A stretch of 64,000 nt of DNA from Escherichia coli (GCF_013315695.1 NZ_CP054353.1), one strand, 5' to 3'; shown: positions 43,921 to 59,376, counted from the first letter of the stretch. Notes: generated by a model from the sequence alone, not told the origin. Numbers and translations: made by a program.

Positions 43921-44616
43921 TTAATTCAACCCGGTTTTCTGCTTCATCGCTGCCATCACCGTCGGTTTATCGGCCAGATAATGATTCAAACCGTTGGCAC
44001 GTAAATTACACGCCGCACAATGACCGCAACCGTCGCCTTTAATGCCGTTATAACAGGTCAGCGTTTCGTTACGGACTAAATCCAGCTTGCCGTAATAATC
44101 TGCCAGCGCCCAGGTTTCCGCTTTATCAATCCACATCAGCGGCGTTTCAAAACGAATATCTTTCGCCATGCCCAAACTGACGGCATGGTTTAGTGCTTTC
44201 ACAAACTCATCGCGGCAATCCGGGTAGCCGGAGAAATCCGTTTCGCAGACGCCGGTAATTACGGCTTCTGCTTTTACCTGATACGCATATATTGCCGCCA
44301 GCGTCAGGAACAAAATATTACGCCCAGGGACAAACGTATTCGGGATGCCATCGGCTTCAGGTTCATAATCAGGCACCGGAATGCTGTCACGCGTCAGGCT
44401 GCTGACCGCCAGCTCGTTGAGCAGCGTTACATCAAGAACCTTATGCGCGCGTGCTCCCAGTTTCAGCGCCAGTTCGCGTGCCACGTCGATTTCTGCGCGA
44501 TGTCGCTGACCGTAATCGAACGTCACGCAATGGACTTCATCATATTGTTGTAATGCCTGCACCAGACAGGTGGTGGAATCCTGGCCTCCACTGAACACAA
44601 CGACAGCACGTTTCAT
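43921..44616 (-). CDS. queC: 7-cyano-7-deazaguanine synthase
   Basis: 231-aa ORF, PP-loop SGGQDS, C-terminal zinc cysteines. Confidence 0.95.
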
Positions 44617-44680
44617 AGATAATCCTGCTTGAACAATAAAAGCGTTATGGTAACGCCTGCGATGAACCCGGACCAGCTAT

Positions 44681-46381
44681 TCATTGCGACGGCGCGGGAA
44701 GCCAGGCTTCGGTAAATTCAAACCAGCCTCGCGGTGTCAGTCGCACACCGTTCACGCCGGGAGGGGCGCTAATGCGATAGTGATAGTTGAACAGCGGCGT
44801 CAGCGTCGCATCTGCCATTAACTGGCTAAAAACCGCTTTCAGGGCATTAAATCGGTTTTCCTCATCAGGCATTACTTGCACCGCGTCCAGTGTCGATTGC
44901 AAATGTGCATATGCTGGAGCGTCGAAAACATGTGGCCATAGTGGATCGCAACGCAGCCATTGCTCCAGGGTATATTCCGGTGCTTCGCCAATTAATCTGT
45001 CGCCCATCATGAGGTCTGCGTGTGCCAGTAGGGTCGTGTCGTCCCAGTTTTTTGCGTTATGAAAAATAATTGTGAGTTCACAGCCTTCCGCTGCCAGTGT
45101 CGCCTGTAGACGTTCTGCCATGGTATGAAGTTCTATCGGTAGGTGATAAACCAGCGTCAAGGTTTTCGGTAGTTTGACCTCATCCGGTACTTGCCATTGC
45201 GGAATAGTCCAGCCTGGCAGTAATGCATTACTGGCGGTGATCAGGTTTTCTCCGACTTCTAACGTTTGTAATAAACCGGATTGATGAATAATGGAGATCA
45301 CTTTTCGCGCCTGCCAGAGGGACAGTCGGGGACTTTTGCGCAACGTTAAATAGCAAAAACCTAAACTGATGCCACTACTGACCTGGCTGACCCGTTGCAG
45401 CTCCTCCGGTTTGCCGATGGTGATTTGCACGGGATGCCGACAACTGGTTCCCAAATCTTTTTCGAAAAGCGGCGGAGTTATCCAGTACTCAACCGCTTTA
45501 AGCAGCGGATGACGTAAATGGTAATAATCATGGCTTTCCAGGCGCACCAGCTCCGCTGTGAATTGTGTTAAGCGAAAAGGACCCGTGCCGATCAGTGGGA
45601 ATTGCGGATGCGCCAGATGGCTGCAATAGCTCGCCAGTCGGTGCGCAAGCCAGTAATCGGGGCGATGTAAAAAGAAGGTCAGACACTGCGGATGGGTGAC
45701 TTCAATACGCTTCACGCTAATAAATAATTGATCCAGTGCTGGCAGTTGTAACAGCAGCAATAATCGCTGGTGTAAGTGTGAGGCTTTTACTGCATCGCCG
45801 TTATGCCAGTGTAGGGTTGAACGAAGATAAAAGTCCCAGCGTAACCCGTCAGTAGAGGTTTCCCAGTGATGTGCTAAATCGCCAATCGGGCGCTGAGTAT
45901 TATTATCGAAGCGGGTCAGGCCGGAAAATATCTGCCCGGCCAGATGCTGCTCGGCACGGCCGGGCAAAAAGCCCGGTTGTAGCGGTTCGAGCGGGCGATA
46001 GTAGGGAATACGCAACGTGGGCGTATCGTTTTGCCATTGTCCGCCCATAAACGGCTGTAACAGAGTGCGCAGCTCACCTGGGGCCAGTTGCGCCAGCTCC
46101 AGCACATCTTGCTGCTTTCCGGTTTCCAGTGCCTGTTCCATCATCGCATTGCGTAGCGATTCTGGCGTGACCAGAAAGCGTAATTGTCCGCGCTTTCCGC
46201 GTCCTGACTGCGCCTGCCACTCCAGCCATCCCGCCTCCTGTGCCTGACGCAACAGCGTACGAACATGGCGTTCGCTGCAAAAACAGCGTTCGGCCAGTTC
46301 GCTGACGGTGACGGTTTGCGGCTTTCCGGCGGAAGGTTGCCACAGACGTTGATACTGGTTAAGACGGTTGAGCAGTCGCAT
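44681..46381 (-). CDS. ybaE: putative ABC-transporter periplasmic substrate-binding-like protein YbaE
   Basis: 566-aa product from ATG at 46381 (start MRLLNRLNQYQRLWQ); track ORF begins 5 codons earlier. Confidence 0.88.
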   Translation of the reverse strand: MRLLNRLNQYQRLWQPSAGKPQTVTVSELAERCFCSERHVRTLLRQAQEAGWLEWQAQSGRGKRGQLRFLVTPESLRNAMMEQALETGKQQDVLELAQLAPGELRTLLQPFMGGQWQNDTPTLRIPYYRPLEPLQPGFLPGRAEQHLAGQIFSGLTRFDNNTQRPIGDLAHHWETSTDGLRWDFYLRSTLHWHNGDAVKASHLHQRLLLLLQLPALDQLFISVKRIEVTHPQCLTFFLHRPDYWLAHRLASYCSHLAHPQFPLIGTGPFRLTQFTAELVRLESHDYYHLRHPLLKAVEYWITPPLFEKDLGTSCRHPVQITIGKPEELQRVSQVSSGISLGFCYLTLRKSPRLSLWQARKVISIIHQSGLLQTLEVGENLITASNALLPGWTIPQWQVPDEVKLPKTLTLVYHLPIELHTMAERLQATLAAEGCELTIIFHNAKNWDDTTLLAHADLMMGDRLIGEAPEYTLEQWLRCDPLWPHVFDAPAYAHLQSTLDAVQVMPDEENRFNALKAVFSQLMADATLTPLFNYHYRISAPPGVNGVRLTPRGWFEFTEAWLPAPSQ

Positions 46382-46480
46382 ATAAACCCGGAACAATATT
46401 ATTTAACTATTCACTATTACTTCCGTATATATCAGGTGATACTCAATCACCATTAACCGTGTCACAGAGTGGAGAAAGAA

Positions 46481-47299
46481 ATGGCTCGTCTGGCAGCATT
46501 TGATATGGATGGCACTTTATTGATGCCTGACCATCATTTAGGTGAGAAAACCCTCTCTACTTTGGCGCGGCTGCGTGAACGCGACATTACCCTCACTTTT
46601 GCCACGGGGCGTCATGCGCTGGAGATGCAGCATATTCTCGGGGCGCTATCGCTGGATGCATATTTGATTACCGGCAACGGAACGCGCGTGCATTCTCTGG
46701 AAGGTGAACTTTTACATCGTGATGATTTACCTGCGGATGTCGCGGAGCTGGTGCTGTATCAGCAATGGGATACCCGAGCCAGCATGCATATCTTCAATGA
46801 CGATGGTTGGTTTACCGGGAAAGAAATCCCTGCGTTGTTGCAGGCATTTGTCTATAGCGGTTTTCGTTATCAGATAATCGATGTCAAAAAAATGCCACTC
46901 GGCAGCGTCACCAAGATCTGCTTCTGTGGCGATCACGACGATCTTACACGCTTGCAGATCCAGCTATACGAAGCATTAGGCGAGCGTGCACATTTGTGTT
47001 TTTCCGCCACGGATTGCCTCGAAGTGCTGCCGGTGGGCTGCAATAAAGGCGCTGCATTGACGGTGCTGACCCAACATTTAGGTTTATCGTTGCGCGATTG
47101 CATGGCCTTTGGTGATGCGATGAACGATCGCGAAATGTTAGGCAGCGTCGGTAGCGGATTTATTATGGGCAATGCGATGCCGCAATTGCGCGCGGAGCTC
47201 CCGCATTTACCGGTGATTGGACATTGCCGAAATCAGGCTGTCTCTCACTATTTGACGCACTGGCTGGACTATCCACATCTACCTTATTCCCCCGAATAA
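46481..47299 (+). CDS. cof: HAD-family HMP-PP phosphatase Cof
   Basis: 272-aa product starting [14 protein letters not shown] (HAD motif I). Confidence 0.93.
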
Positions 47300-47451
47300 C
47301 GAGATCCCTTCCAGCACCGGGCAATTGCCCGGTTTTTTTTGCGTTGAATTTGTCATTTTGTGCCGTGGTGTTTAAACCGCACAGAATAAATTGTCGCGAT
47401 TTCACCTTTAAAATAGAATTAAAAGAGAAAAAAATTCTCTGTGGAAGGGCT

Positions 47452-47910
47452 ATGTTAGATAAAATTGACCGTAAGCTGCTGGCCTTGCTACAGCAGGATT
47501 GCACCCTCTCTTTGCAGGCACTGGCTGAAGCCGTTAATCTGACAACCACCCCCTGCTGGAAGCGTCTGAAACGGCTGGAGGACGACGGTATTCTTATCGG
47601 CAAAGTCGCCCTGCTGGATCCGGAAAAAATAGGCCTCGGCCTGACCGTCTTTGTGCTGATAAAAACGCAACATCACAGCAGCGAATGGTATTGCCGCTTT
47701 GTCACGGTGGTTACCGAAATGCCAGAAGTGCTGGGGTTCTGGCGCATGGCTGGTGAATACGATTATCTGATGCGCGTCCAGGTTGCCGACATGAAACGCT
47801 ACGACGAGTTTTATAAGCGTCTGGTAAACAGTGTACCGGGGCTGTCGGACGTCACTTCCAGCTTCGCGATGGAACAGATTAAATACACCACTTCTTTACC
47901 CATCGAATAA
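47452..47910 (+). CDS. ybaO: Lrp/AsnC-family transcriptional regulator
   Basis: 152-aa product starting [16 protein letters not shown]; HTH plus RAM domain; also called decR. Confidence 0.92.
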   Translation: MLDKIDRKLLALLQQDCTLSLQALAEAVNLTTTPCWKRLKRLEDDGILIGKVALLDPEKIGLGLTVFVLIKTQHHSSEWYCRFVTVVTEMPEVLGFWRMAGEYDYLMRVQVADMKRYDEFYKRLVNSVPGLSDVTSSFAMEQIKYTTSLPIE

Positions 47911-47939
47911 ATATCCAGAATCAGGTCAGGACACAACGC

Positions 47940-51486
<3,547 letters not shown>

Positions 51487-51666
51487 ATAGCGCAATATTT
51501 CATCGTTGGTGCAAAAATGTAACGCACTGTGCACTGTCATAGTGCGTTTTCATTTTCAATCTTCTTAACTTCCTGCTCTCTTTCTCGTTTTTCATTTCTG
51601 GCACACCGCTTGCAATACCTTCTTCGTGTAGCAGAACCATTACCGAATTCTGACCGGAGGGGATCT

Positions 51667-52005
51667 ATGAAGCTGGTGACCGTGATAATCAAACCATTCA
51701 AGCTGGAAGACGTTCGTGAAGCGTTATCTTCCATTGGTATTCAGGGCCTGACCGTCACCGAAGTGAAAGGTTTCGGGCGTCAGAAAGGACATGCCGAGCT
51801 GTACCGGGGGGCGGAATACAGCGTCAATTTCCTGCCAAAAGTAAAAATTGATGTGGCGATTGCTGATGACCAACTCGATGAAGTGATCGATATCGTCAGT
51901 AAGGCGGCTTACACCGGAAAAATTGGCGACGGCAAAATCTTCGTCGCTGAATTGCAACGCGTCATTCGTATTCGTACCGGCGAAGCCGACGAAGCGGCGC
52001 TGTAA
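51667..52005 (+). CDS. glnK: nitrogen regulatory protein PII-2 GlnK
   Basis: 112-aa product MKLVTVIIKPFKLEDVREAL...; T-loop with uridylylation-site region RGAEY. Confidence 0.97.
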   Translation: MKLVTVIIKPFKLEDVREALSSIGIQGLTVTEVKGFGRQKGHAELYRGAEYSVNFLPKVKIDVAIADDQLDEVIDIVSKAAYTGKIGDGKIFVAELQRVIRIRTGEADEAAL

Positions 52006-52034
52006 TCTCTGGCACACAGCAACAGGAACGAAAA

Positions 52035-53321
52035 ATGAAGATAGCGACGATAAAAACTGGGCTTGCTTCACTGGCGATGCTGCCGGGACTGGTAATGGCT
52101 GCACCTGCGGTGGCCGATAAAGCCGACAATGCGTTTATGATGATTTGTACTGCGCTGGTGCTGTTTATGACTATTCCGGGGATTGCCCTGTTTTACGGTG
52201 GGTTGATTCGCGGCAAAAACGTGCTGTCGATGCTGACGCAGGTGACGGTGACGTTTGCACTGGTCTGTATTCTCTGGGTGGTTTACGGTTACTCGCTGGC
52301 GTTTGGTGAGGGAAACAACTTCTTCGGCAACATTAACTGGTTGATGCTGAAAAACATCGAACTGACGGCGGTGATGGGCAGCATTTATCAGTATATCCAC
52401 GTAGCGTTTCAGGGATCGTTTGCCTGCATTACCGTAGGCTTGATAGTTGGAGCACTGGCGGAACGAATCCGTTTCTCAGCTGTGTTGATTTTCGTGGTGG
52501 TATGGCTGACGCTCTCCTACATTCCGATTGCGCATATGGTCTGGGGCGGCGGTTTGCTGGCTTCTCACGGTGCACTGGATTTTGCGGGTGGCACTGTGGT
52601 GCACATTAACGCCGCAATCGCCGGTCTGGTGGGCGCGTATCTGATAGGCAAACGCGTGGGCTTCGGCAAAGAGGCGTTTAAACCGCACAACCTGCCGATG
52701 GTCTTCACCGGGACTGCCATTCTCTATATCGGTTGGTTTGGCTTTAACGCCGGGTCAGCGGGCACGGCGAATGAAATCGCAGCACTGGCATTTGTGAATA
52801 CTGTGGTCGCAACGGCGGCGGCAATTCTTGGCTGGATCTTCGGTGAATGGGCGCTGCGTGGTAAGCCTTCACTGCTGGGAGCGTGTTCAGGCGCGATTGC
52901 CGGTCTGGTCGGCGTGACGCCAGCGTGTGGCTACATTGGTGTTGGCGGCGCGTTGATTATCGGCGTGGTAGCTGGTCTGGCGGGCTTGTGGGGCGTTACC
53001 ATGCTCAAACGCTTGCTGCGGGTGGATGATCCCTGCGATGTCTTCGGTGTGCACGGCGTTTGTGGCATTGTCGGCTGTATCATGACCGGGATTTTTGCCG
53101 CCAGTTCGCTGGGTGGCGTGGGCTTCGCTGAAGGTGTGACGATGGGCCATCAGTTGCTGGTACAGCTGGAAAGCATCGCCATTACGATCGTCTGGTCCGG
53201 TGTGGTGGCATTTATTGGCTACAAACTGGCGGATCTGACGGTTGGCCTGCGTGTGCCGGAAGAACAAGAGCGAGAAGGGCTGGACGTCAACAGCCACGGC
53301 GAGAATGCCTATAACGCGTAA
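52035..53321 (+). CDS. amtB: ammonium transporter AmtB
   Basis: 428-aa ORF with signal peptide and Amt family sequence. Confidence 0.97.
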   Translation: MKIATIKTGLASLAMLPGLVMAAPAVADKADNAFMMICTALVLFMTIPGIALFYGGLIRGKNVLSMLTQVTVTFALVCILWVVYGYSLAFGEGNNFFGNINWLMLKNIELTAVMGSIYQYIHVAFQGSFACITVGLIVGALAERIRFSAVLIFVVVWLTLSYIPIAHMVWGGGLLASHGALDFAGGTVVHINAAIAGLVGAYLIGKRVGFGKEAFKPHNLPMVFTGTAILYIGWFGFNAGSAGTANEIAALAFVNTVVATAAAILGWIFGEWALRGKPSLLGACSGAIAGLVGVTPACGYIGVGGALIIGVVAGLAGLWGVTMLKRLLRVDDPCDVFGVHGVCGIVGCIMTGIFAASSLGGVGFAEGVTMGHQLLVQLESIAITIVWSGVVAFIGYKLADLTVGLRVPEEQEREGLDVNSHGENAYNA

Positions 53322-53332
53322 CAAGCACTGCA

Positions 53333-53373
53333 AAAAACAGCCGGACGGTTTTCACCTCCGGCTATTTTTTTAA
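53333..53373. terminator. bidirectional terminator between amtB and tesB
   Basis: stem agccggacg / ctccggct followed by T8. Confidence 0.6.
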
Positions 53374-54230
53374 TTGTGATTACGCATTACCCCTTCCTGA
53401 ACGGTCGAGGCAACCAGCACGCCGTCCTGAGTATAAAACTCACCGCGCACAAAGCCGCGTGCGCTGGACGCCGAGGTGCTCTCCACGCTATACAGCAGCC
53501 ATTCATTCAAATTAAACGGGCGATGGAACCACATGGAATGGTCGATGGTCGCTATCTGAATTCCTGGTTCGAGAAAACCGATGCCGTGCGGCTGTAGAGC
53601 TACCGGCAGGAAGTTAAGATCAGAAGCGTAACCGAGCAGATACTGATGAACGCGCAGATCATCCGGCACGCTACCATTTGCGCGGATCCACACCTGACGA
53701 TGTGGTTCTGCGACGTGACCTTTCAATGGGTTATGAAATTCCACCGGACGGACTTCCAGCGGACGATCGCAGATGAATTTATCTTTCAGCACTGGCGGCA
53801 GCAGGTGCGCCAGCGATTGGGCGATTTGCGTTTCCGAAGGCAGGCCATCAGGTGCTGGCGCGGACGGCATTGTTTTTTGATGTTCGAAACCCGCTTCTGG
53901 TGCCTGGAAAGAGGCAGTCATATAAAAAATCGGTTTGCCGTTTTGAATAGCAGCAACCCGGCGGGCGCTGAAGCTGTTACCGTCACGCAGCGTTTCGACA
54001 TCATAAATAATCGGTTTCTTACTATCGCCTGGGCGAAGAAAGTAGCTGTGAAACGAATGTACCAGCCGCTCTTCAGGGACGGTCTCTTTTGCAGCATACA
54101 AGGCCTGACCCACGACCTGGCCGCCAAACACCTGGCGTAAACCTAAATCTTCACTCTGGCCGCGAAAGAGTCCTTCCTCAATTTTTTCCAGATTTAACAA
54201 TGTCAGTAAATTTTTTAGCGCCTGACTCAT
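53370..54230 (-). CDS. tesB: acyl-CoA thioesterase II
   Basis: 286-aa product starting [24 protein letters not shown]. Confidence 0.95.
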
Positions 54231-54447
54231 ATAACTCTCCAGTAACAAAGCTGCCGCAGCAAGCCAAAGTGAGTTGAGTATAACGCAAATTTGCCACTGG
54301 TCCGATGGGTGCAATGGTCTGAATTACGGGCTAATTACAGGCAGAAATGCGTGATGTGTGCCACACTTGTTGACGTTACTATTTTGTTAACCACTCTTCC
54401 GGCGAGGAAAGTTAGCCCGCTGGTGCATTGATAATAAGGAGAAGTGA

Positions 54448-55020
54448 ATGAAACTCGTGCACATGGCCAGTGGTTTAGCGGTTGCGATTGCGTTGGCGGC
54501 TTGCGCAGATAAAAGCGCGGATATTCAGACGCCAGCACCGGCTGCAAATACGTCTATTTCAGCAACACAACAACCTGCTATCCAGCAACCGAATGTCTCC
54601 GGTACCGTTTGGATCCGTCAGAAAGTCGCACTGCCGCCTGATGCCGTGCTGACCGTGACACTTTCTGACGCGTCGTTAGCCGATGCACCGTCAAAAGTGC
54701 TGGCGCAGAAAGCGGTGCGTACCGAAGGTAAACAGTCACCATTCAGCTTTGTTCTGCCATTTAACCCGGCAGATGTTCAGCCGAATGCGCGTATTCTGTT
54801 GAGTGCGGCGATTACCGTGAATGACAAACTGGTATTTATTACCGATACCGTTCAGCCGGTGATCAACCAGGGCGGAACTAAATCCGACCTGACATTGGTG
54901 CCGGTGCAGCAAACCGCCGTGCCGGTTCAGGCCAGCGGTGGCGCAACGACTACCGTACCTTCGACTTCACCAACTCAGGTGAATCCGTCTTCGGCAGTTC
55001 CAGCTCCTACGCAATATTAA
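54448..55020 (+). CDS. ybaY: lipoprotein YbaY
   Basis: 190-aa ORF with lipobox LAAC. Confidence 0.92.
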   Translation: MKLVHMASGLAVAIALAACADKSADIQTPAPAANTSISATQQPAIQQPNVSGTVWIRQKVALPPDAVLTVTLSDASLADAPSKVLAQKAVRTEGKQSPFSFVLPFNPADVQPNARILLSAAITVNDKLVFITDTVQPVINQGGTKSDLTLVPVQQTAVPVQASGGATTTVPSTSPTQVNPSSAVPAPTQY

Positions 55021-55027
55021 GCGCAGT

Positions 55028-55053
55028 TAACCCTCTCCGCCCGGAGAGGGTTA
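55028..55053. terminator. hairpin between convergent ybaY and atl
   Basis: perfect stem aaccctctccg / cggagagggtt. Confidence 0.5.
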
Positions 55054-55440
55054 GTAGTTCCAGCGATAACGCTGCAAGTCGATTTGCCCGCTTCCCGATA
55101 CCATCACACCTTCTGCCAGTAATGCCTGTCGTTGACGCTGTAAATCCGGTCCGGTTAGCGAAATTGTGCCGTGGCGATTAACCACCCGGTGCCAGGGCAA
55201 GGTGCTGCCTTCAGGGAGACGCTTTAACACACCGCCCACCTGGCGCGCGGCGCGGGGCGATCCTGCCAGTTTCGCCACATCACCGTAAGTGGTGACATAG
55301 CCTTCGGGAATAGCGGCGACGATTTGCCAGACGCGTTGGGGAAATGAATCTTCTTTTTCCATCTTTTCTTCCTGAGGTAATTTTTCAGCATAATCTGGAA
55401 AAACGCCCGAGTGAAGTCGCATTGCGCAAGAAACCAGCAT
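55051..55440 (-). CDS. atl: alkyltransferase-like DNA-repair protein Atl (YbaZ)
   Basis: 129-aa product from ATG at 55440; MGMT-like HTH region; start uncertain by 7 codons. Confidence 0.85.
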   Translation of the reverse strand: MLVSCAMRLHSGVFPDYAEKLPQEEKMEKEDSFPQRVWQIVAAIPEGYVTTYGDVAKLAGSPRAARQVGGVLKRLPEGSTLPWHRVVNRHGTISLTGPDLQRQRQALLAEGVMVSGSGQIDLQRYRWNY

Positions 55441-55516
55441 CCGGCACGCAATGGGTTGCAATTAGCCGGGGCAGCAGTGATAATGCGCCTGCGCGTTGGT
55501 TCTCAACGCTCTCAAT

Positions 55517-55630
55517 GGGGGCTCTGTTGGTTCTCCCGCAACGCTACTCTGTTTACCAGGTCAGGTCCGGAAGGAAGCAGCCAAGGCAGATGACGCGTGT
55601 GCCGGGATGTAGCTGGCAGGGCCCCCACCC
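55517..55630 (+). ncRNA. ffs: 4.5S RNA (signal recognition particle RNA)
   Basis: 114-nt sequence GGGGGCUCUGUUGGUUCUCCCGCAACGC...GGCAGGGCCCCCACCC recognised as E. coli 4.5S RNA, including the conserved domain IV motif. Confidence 0.95.
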
Positions 55631-55740
55631 ATTTCTGCCTCCCCCCGTTTCGTCAAAAAATCCCAACATGGCTAAACTTTAACCACAACTGACGTCGCAA
55701 GAATTGTCTGGCTGCGCAGTACGCTTCGGAGGTATGTCTG

Positions 55741-56094
55741 ATGAAGTATGTTGATGGTTTTGTTGTTGCCGTTCCTGCCGATAAAAAGGATGCCTATCGG
55801 GAAATGGCCGCTAAGGCCGCGCCATTATTTAAAGAGTTCGGTGCGCTTCGTATTGTCGAATGCTGGGCCAGCGATGTACCGGATGGTAAAGTGACCGATT
55901 TTCGTATGGCGGTGAAAGCGGAAGAGAATGAAGAGGTTGTCTTTAGCTGGATTGAATACCCTTCAAAAGAGGTCCGCGACGCTGCTAATCAAAAGATGAT
56001 GTCGGACCCACGGATGAAAGAGTTCGGCGAGTCCATGCCGTTTGACGGCAAGCGAATGATCTATGGTGGATTCGAATCAATCATTGACGAGTAG
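55741..56094 (+). CDS. ybaA: DUF1428-family protein YbaA
   Basis: 117-aa ORF in the conserved position. Confidence 0.9.
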   Translation: MKYVDGFVVAVPADKKDAYREMAAKAAPLFKEFGALRIVECWASDVPDGKVTDFRMAVKAEENEEVVFSWIEYPSKEVRDAANQKMMSDPRMKEFGESMPFDGKRMIYGGFESIIDE

Positions 56095-56134
56095 GTAGCG
56101 GACGGGCTGTGCGGCGTACCGTCAGCCCTAAAAT

Positions 56135-57691
56135 TCACAAATGTTGCTCGGCCCAGCGTAAGAAATCCTCTTTCGGTAATGCCTTGCTGTAGAGCCAGCC
56201 CTGGCCGTAGTGCACGCCATGCTGACGTAGCCACTCTTCTTGTTTACTGGTTTCGATTCCCTCCGCTACCATTTTCAGTTTCAGTGTTTTTGCCATTTCG
56301 ATGATATGTGGCGTGACATTTTTATATTCCAGCGCATCAACGAAAGATTTATCGATCTTCAGAATGTCGACATCCAGATCCTGTAAATAGCTTAAACTTG
56401 AATACCCCGTACCAAAATCATCGAGATAAATTTCATGGCCCGCCTCCCGGTAGCGAGAAATTATCGGGGCGCTGGTTTTCGGATCGGCAAACTCGCGTTC
56501 AGTGAGTTCAAGCGCGATCTGTCTGGGATTAACCTGATAGTGATTGATCATTTCACGCAGCAATTGCGGGATTTTTTCCGAGGTGAGCACGGTGGATTCA
56601 AGATTGATCGAAATATGCTGCTGCGGATGCTGACGCAGCCAGTCGCCCATATCTTCAAAGACACTTTTTATAATCAGTAGCGTCAACGGCTCAGAAAGCC
56701 CCGTTTGCTGTGTCAGCGGAATAAAACTATCTGGTGACAACCAACTACCGTCTGTCTGCGGCCAGCGCGCCAGTGCCTCAGCACCGACAATTTTGCCATT
56801 GGCTAAGGAGACAATCGGCTGATAGTGCACGCAAATATCACGATTTTCGATAGCATCCTGCAGCCGATGATGCGGTGACTGGATACGGCGCAAAATACGC
56901 AGCACAAACATCGCTGCCAGCAGGCCAATCACCAACCCGAACGGTAACCAAATAAAGACTTGCCGATGCCAGCCTTTCTGCAACATTTTCGTTGAAGCCC
57001 AGGTGATGATCGAAATATTCATCTCCGGTAAGGGCAGGATATCGTAAATGATTCCATTATTTTCGATATGCTCACCGGGTGTTTTTTGTAGTCTGGTAAT
57101 AATTCCCTGAGCAATTTCATCGCTGCTGGTTATCACAACGTTATGGGCATTGCCAATAATGGCGGCATCAATTTGCCATGAGCTATAGGGAATGACATCA
57201 ATAAAGGAAGCGGGGTCGATCATGACGACATAATGTGCCGTTCCCATGGCGACCATGTAACGGATAATGCCTAAATCGTTATGCGATGTTAACCAGACAC
57301 GATAACCATCTTTCGAAATTTTACCTGGCTCGGGGAAGGTATCGGGCGGGCTTTCATGCTCCAGAGACGAACACTGGGGAACGTTGTTATCGATATAAAC
57401 CACTTCCTGAATATAGCGATAACTGTAAGATACCCGACGCATTTCCATGAGATGGGCTTCGCTACAGGCAGCGCCTTGCCATCTTTCCAGCTCTTGCAGC
57501 GCATCTTTCCCTTGTGTCGCCACCTTATTGGCCCGAATAGCGACGCGGGAGGAATACGTATTCAGCTCTTCAATAAATGATGTTTCTACCTGCTGATGGG
57601 CCAGCCAGATGCTTAAGCCGACAGGCAGCAATACTGAAAGAATCAGTACTCCCGAAATAAGGCCGACCAGATGTCGTGTTCTCACCAGCAT
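56135..57691 (-). CDS. pdeB: cyclic-di-GMP phosphodiesterase PdeB (YlaB), CSS-motif sensor plus EAL domain
   Basis: 518-aa ORF with N-terminal TM/periplasmic domain and C-terminal EAL domain; start may be 2 codons downstream. Confidence 0.9.
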   Translation of the reverse strand: MLVRTRHLVGLISGVLILSVLLPVGLSIWLAHQQVETSFIEELNTYSSRVAIRANKVATQGKDALQELERWQGAACSEAHLMEMRRVSYSYRYIQEVVYIDNNVPQCSSLEHESPPDTFPEPGKISKDGYRVWLTSHNDLGIIRYMVAMGTAHYVVMIDPASFIDVIPYSSWQIDAAIIGNAHNVVITSSDEIAQGIITRLQKTPGEHIENNGIIYDILPLPEMNISIITWASTKMLQKGWHRQVFIWLPFGLVIGLLAAMFVLRILRRIQSPHHRLQDAIENRDICVHYQPIVSLANGKIVGAEALARWPQTDGSWLSPDSFIPLTQQTGLSEPLTLLIIKSVFEDMGDWLRQHPQQHISINLESTVLTSEKIPQLLREMINHYQVNPRQIALELTEREFADPKTSAPIISRYREAGHEIYLDDFGTGYSSLSYLQDLDVDILKIDKSFVDALEYKNVTPHIIEMAKTLKLKMVAEGIETSKQEEWLRQHGVHYGQGWLYSKALPKEDFLRWAEQHL

Positions 57692-57848
57692 ATCCTTATT
57701 AACACAGTGTAGGGAAAGTATATCTGATTGTGGAAAAAGGCTGGCAGGAGATAAGGAGGTAGAGCCGGGATTTCATGAAGTGATGGGTGGAAACGAACGT
57801 TGTCATTTGACCAGGCGCAGAGCTTTACGCCTGGTATGTAACCCTAAC

Positions 57849-58319
57849 TTAAGATGTTGATTCGGCGCGAGCGAGGGTAAAAATATCGTAAAAAGACAGT
57901 TCACCTTTACGGACGATCATTTTTTGCAGTTGTTCTTTATGAACATCCGCGACACGCGGAGAGTTCAAGATGGCTTCAACCAGCGCGGCAGGTACAAAGC
58001 GCGTGTTGTACCATTCGCCGTTATAGCAAACGCGGAAATCCAGCACGTCGATATCTTCATAGCGGTAGCGTGGGTAGACATCGAAAAAGAAGAAACCATT
58101 TAGCAGGATAAATAATACCACCAGTAGCCAGACAGAGCCTGAAAGCGTTTCGGACTGCAACATCACCGCCAGGGTGGCAAAAAAAGCAACATACATACCG
58201 ATAAATAGCCCCGGATGTTTACGGATAAAACTGATACTAAAGCGGGGTTTGTTGTCGCGTTTTTCGCGGGTATTCAGAGACTCAATCGTTTCGGTCAGCA
58301 GGCGTTGTATTTCGGTCAT
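57849..58319 (-). CDS. ylaC: inner-membrane protein YlaC
   Basis: 156-aa product starting [14 protein letters not shown]; two TM segments. Confidence 0.9.
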
Positions 58320-58434
58320 CGTTTGCCTTCGTGGTATCTGCAACTTTCCAGGGAACACCCTATTTTAACGTGGGAATAGTAGAGGGAAAGTAACAGATTT
58401 GCCACGATTTTGCATAACAGTTGCGAAAAACTGG

Positions 58435-58986
58435 TTACAATTTTTTAATTATTCTGGCTGGATTACCGCCCACGACAACGTTGTCCGGGACATCTTTTGT
58501 GACAACTGCACCTGAGGCTACCACGACGTTATCACCAATGGTCACACCAGGGTTAATGATCGCGCGTCCGCCAATCCAGACGTTATTACCGATGGTGACG
58601 GGTTTCCCCAGTTCAGCACCGCTATTACGTGCTACAGGGTCGATGGGATGTGTTGCCGTGTAGATATGAACGCCTGGTGCCAACATACAGTTATCACCGA
58701 TGCGAGTAGGGCAGACATCAAGCATCACGCAATCGAAGTTGGCGAAAAAATTATTGCCGAGAAAAATGTTATAGCCATAATCACAGCGAAACGTTGGCTC
58801 AATATAAGCCTCTGTCACCTGACCGAATAAATCAGCGAGAATTTGCTGGCGTAATGTGTGCTCTTCCGCCAGGGAATGATTGTATCGGTGAATAAGCTGA
58901 CGAGCGCGCAGGCGATCGCGAGATAACGTCTCATCTGCCGAGCGATACAACTCACCAGCAATCATCTTTTCTTTTTCTGTGCTCAT
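58435..58986 (-). CDS. maa: maltose O-acetyltransferase
   Basis: 183-aa ORF with hexapeptide-repeat acyltransferase sequence. Confidence 0.93.
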   Translation of the reverse strand: MSTEKEKMIAGELYRSADETLSRDRLRARQLIHRYNHSLAEEHTLRQQILADLFGQVTEAYIEPTFRCDYGYNIFLGNNFFANFDCVMLDVCPTRIGDNCMLAPGVHIYTATHPIDPVARNSGAELGKPVTIGNNVWIGGRAIINPGVTIGDNVVVASGAVVTKDVPDNVVVGGNPARIIKKL

Positions 58987-59157
58987 TACTGACCTCCGGT
59001 TGCTGAAAATGCGGCAACACAGTAAGACGAAAAGTCAGTGAAGAGAACGTTCCCATTACGTCTGTGTGATGAAGATCACATAGGGTATGCCTTCATGGCG
59101 ATAAAGTATAAAATTCTTAATAAACAGCTGGTTATAGCTCCGAAAGCCAATTATTTA

Positions 59158-59376
59158 TTAGCGAATAAATTTCCATACTGAGGAAGGGATCTTGTCGTAC
59201 AGTTTATTCATAGTCAATTCGGCGAGGCGGTGATCTGCGGCTGAGTAAAATACCGCCAGTTCATTATCTGATAATTCGTATTTATTTTTCTCGATAACAC
59301 GCTCCAGCGTGTCAATTGTCTGGCAACGACGTAAACGCATTAAATAATCGGTTTTCGTTAAAGGTTTTTCGGACAT
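59158..59376 (-). CDS. hha: haemolysin expression modulator Hha
   Basis: 72-aa product [35 protein letters not shown]... Confidence 0.95.

Noticed and set aside
47224-47910. 228-aa long form of ybaO
   Set aside because: The upstream 76 codons run through the cof 3' end and intergenic sequence; the ATG at 47452 gives the canonical 152-aa Lrp/AsnC-family protein.
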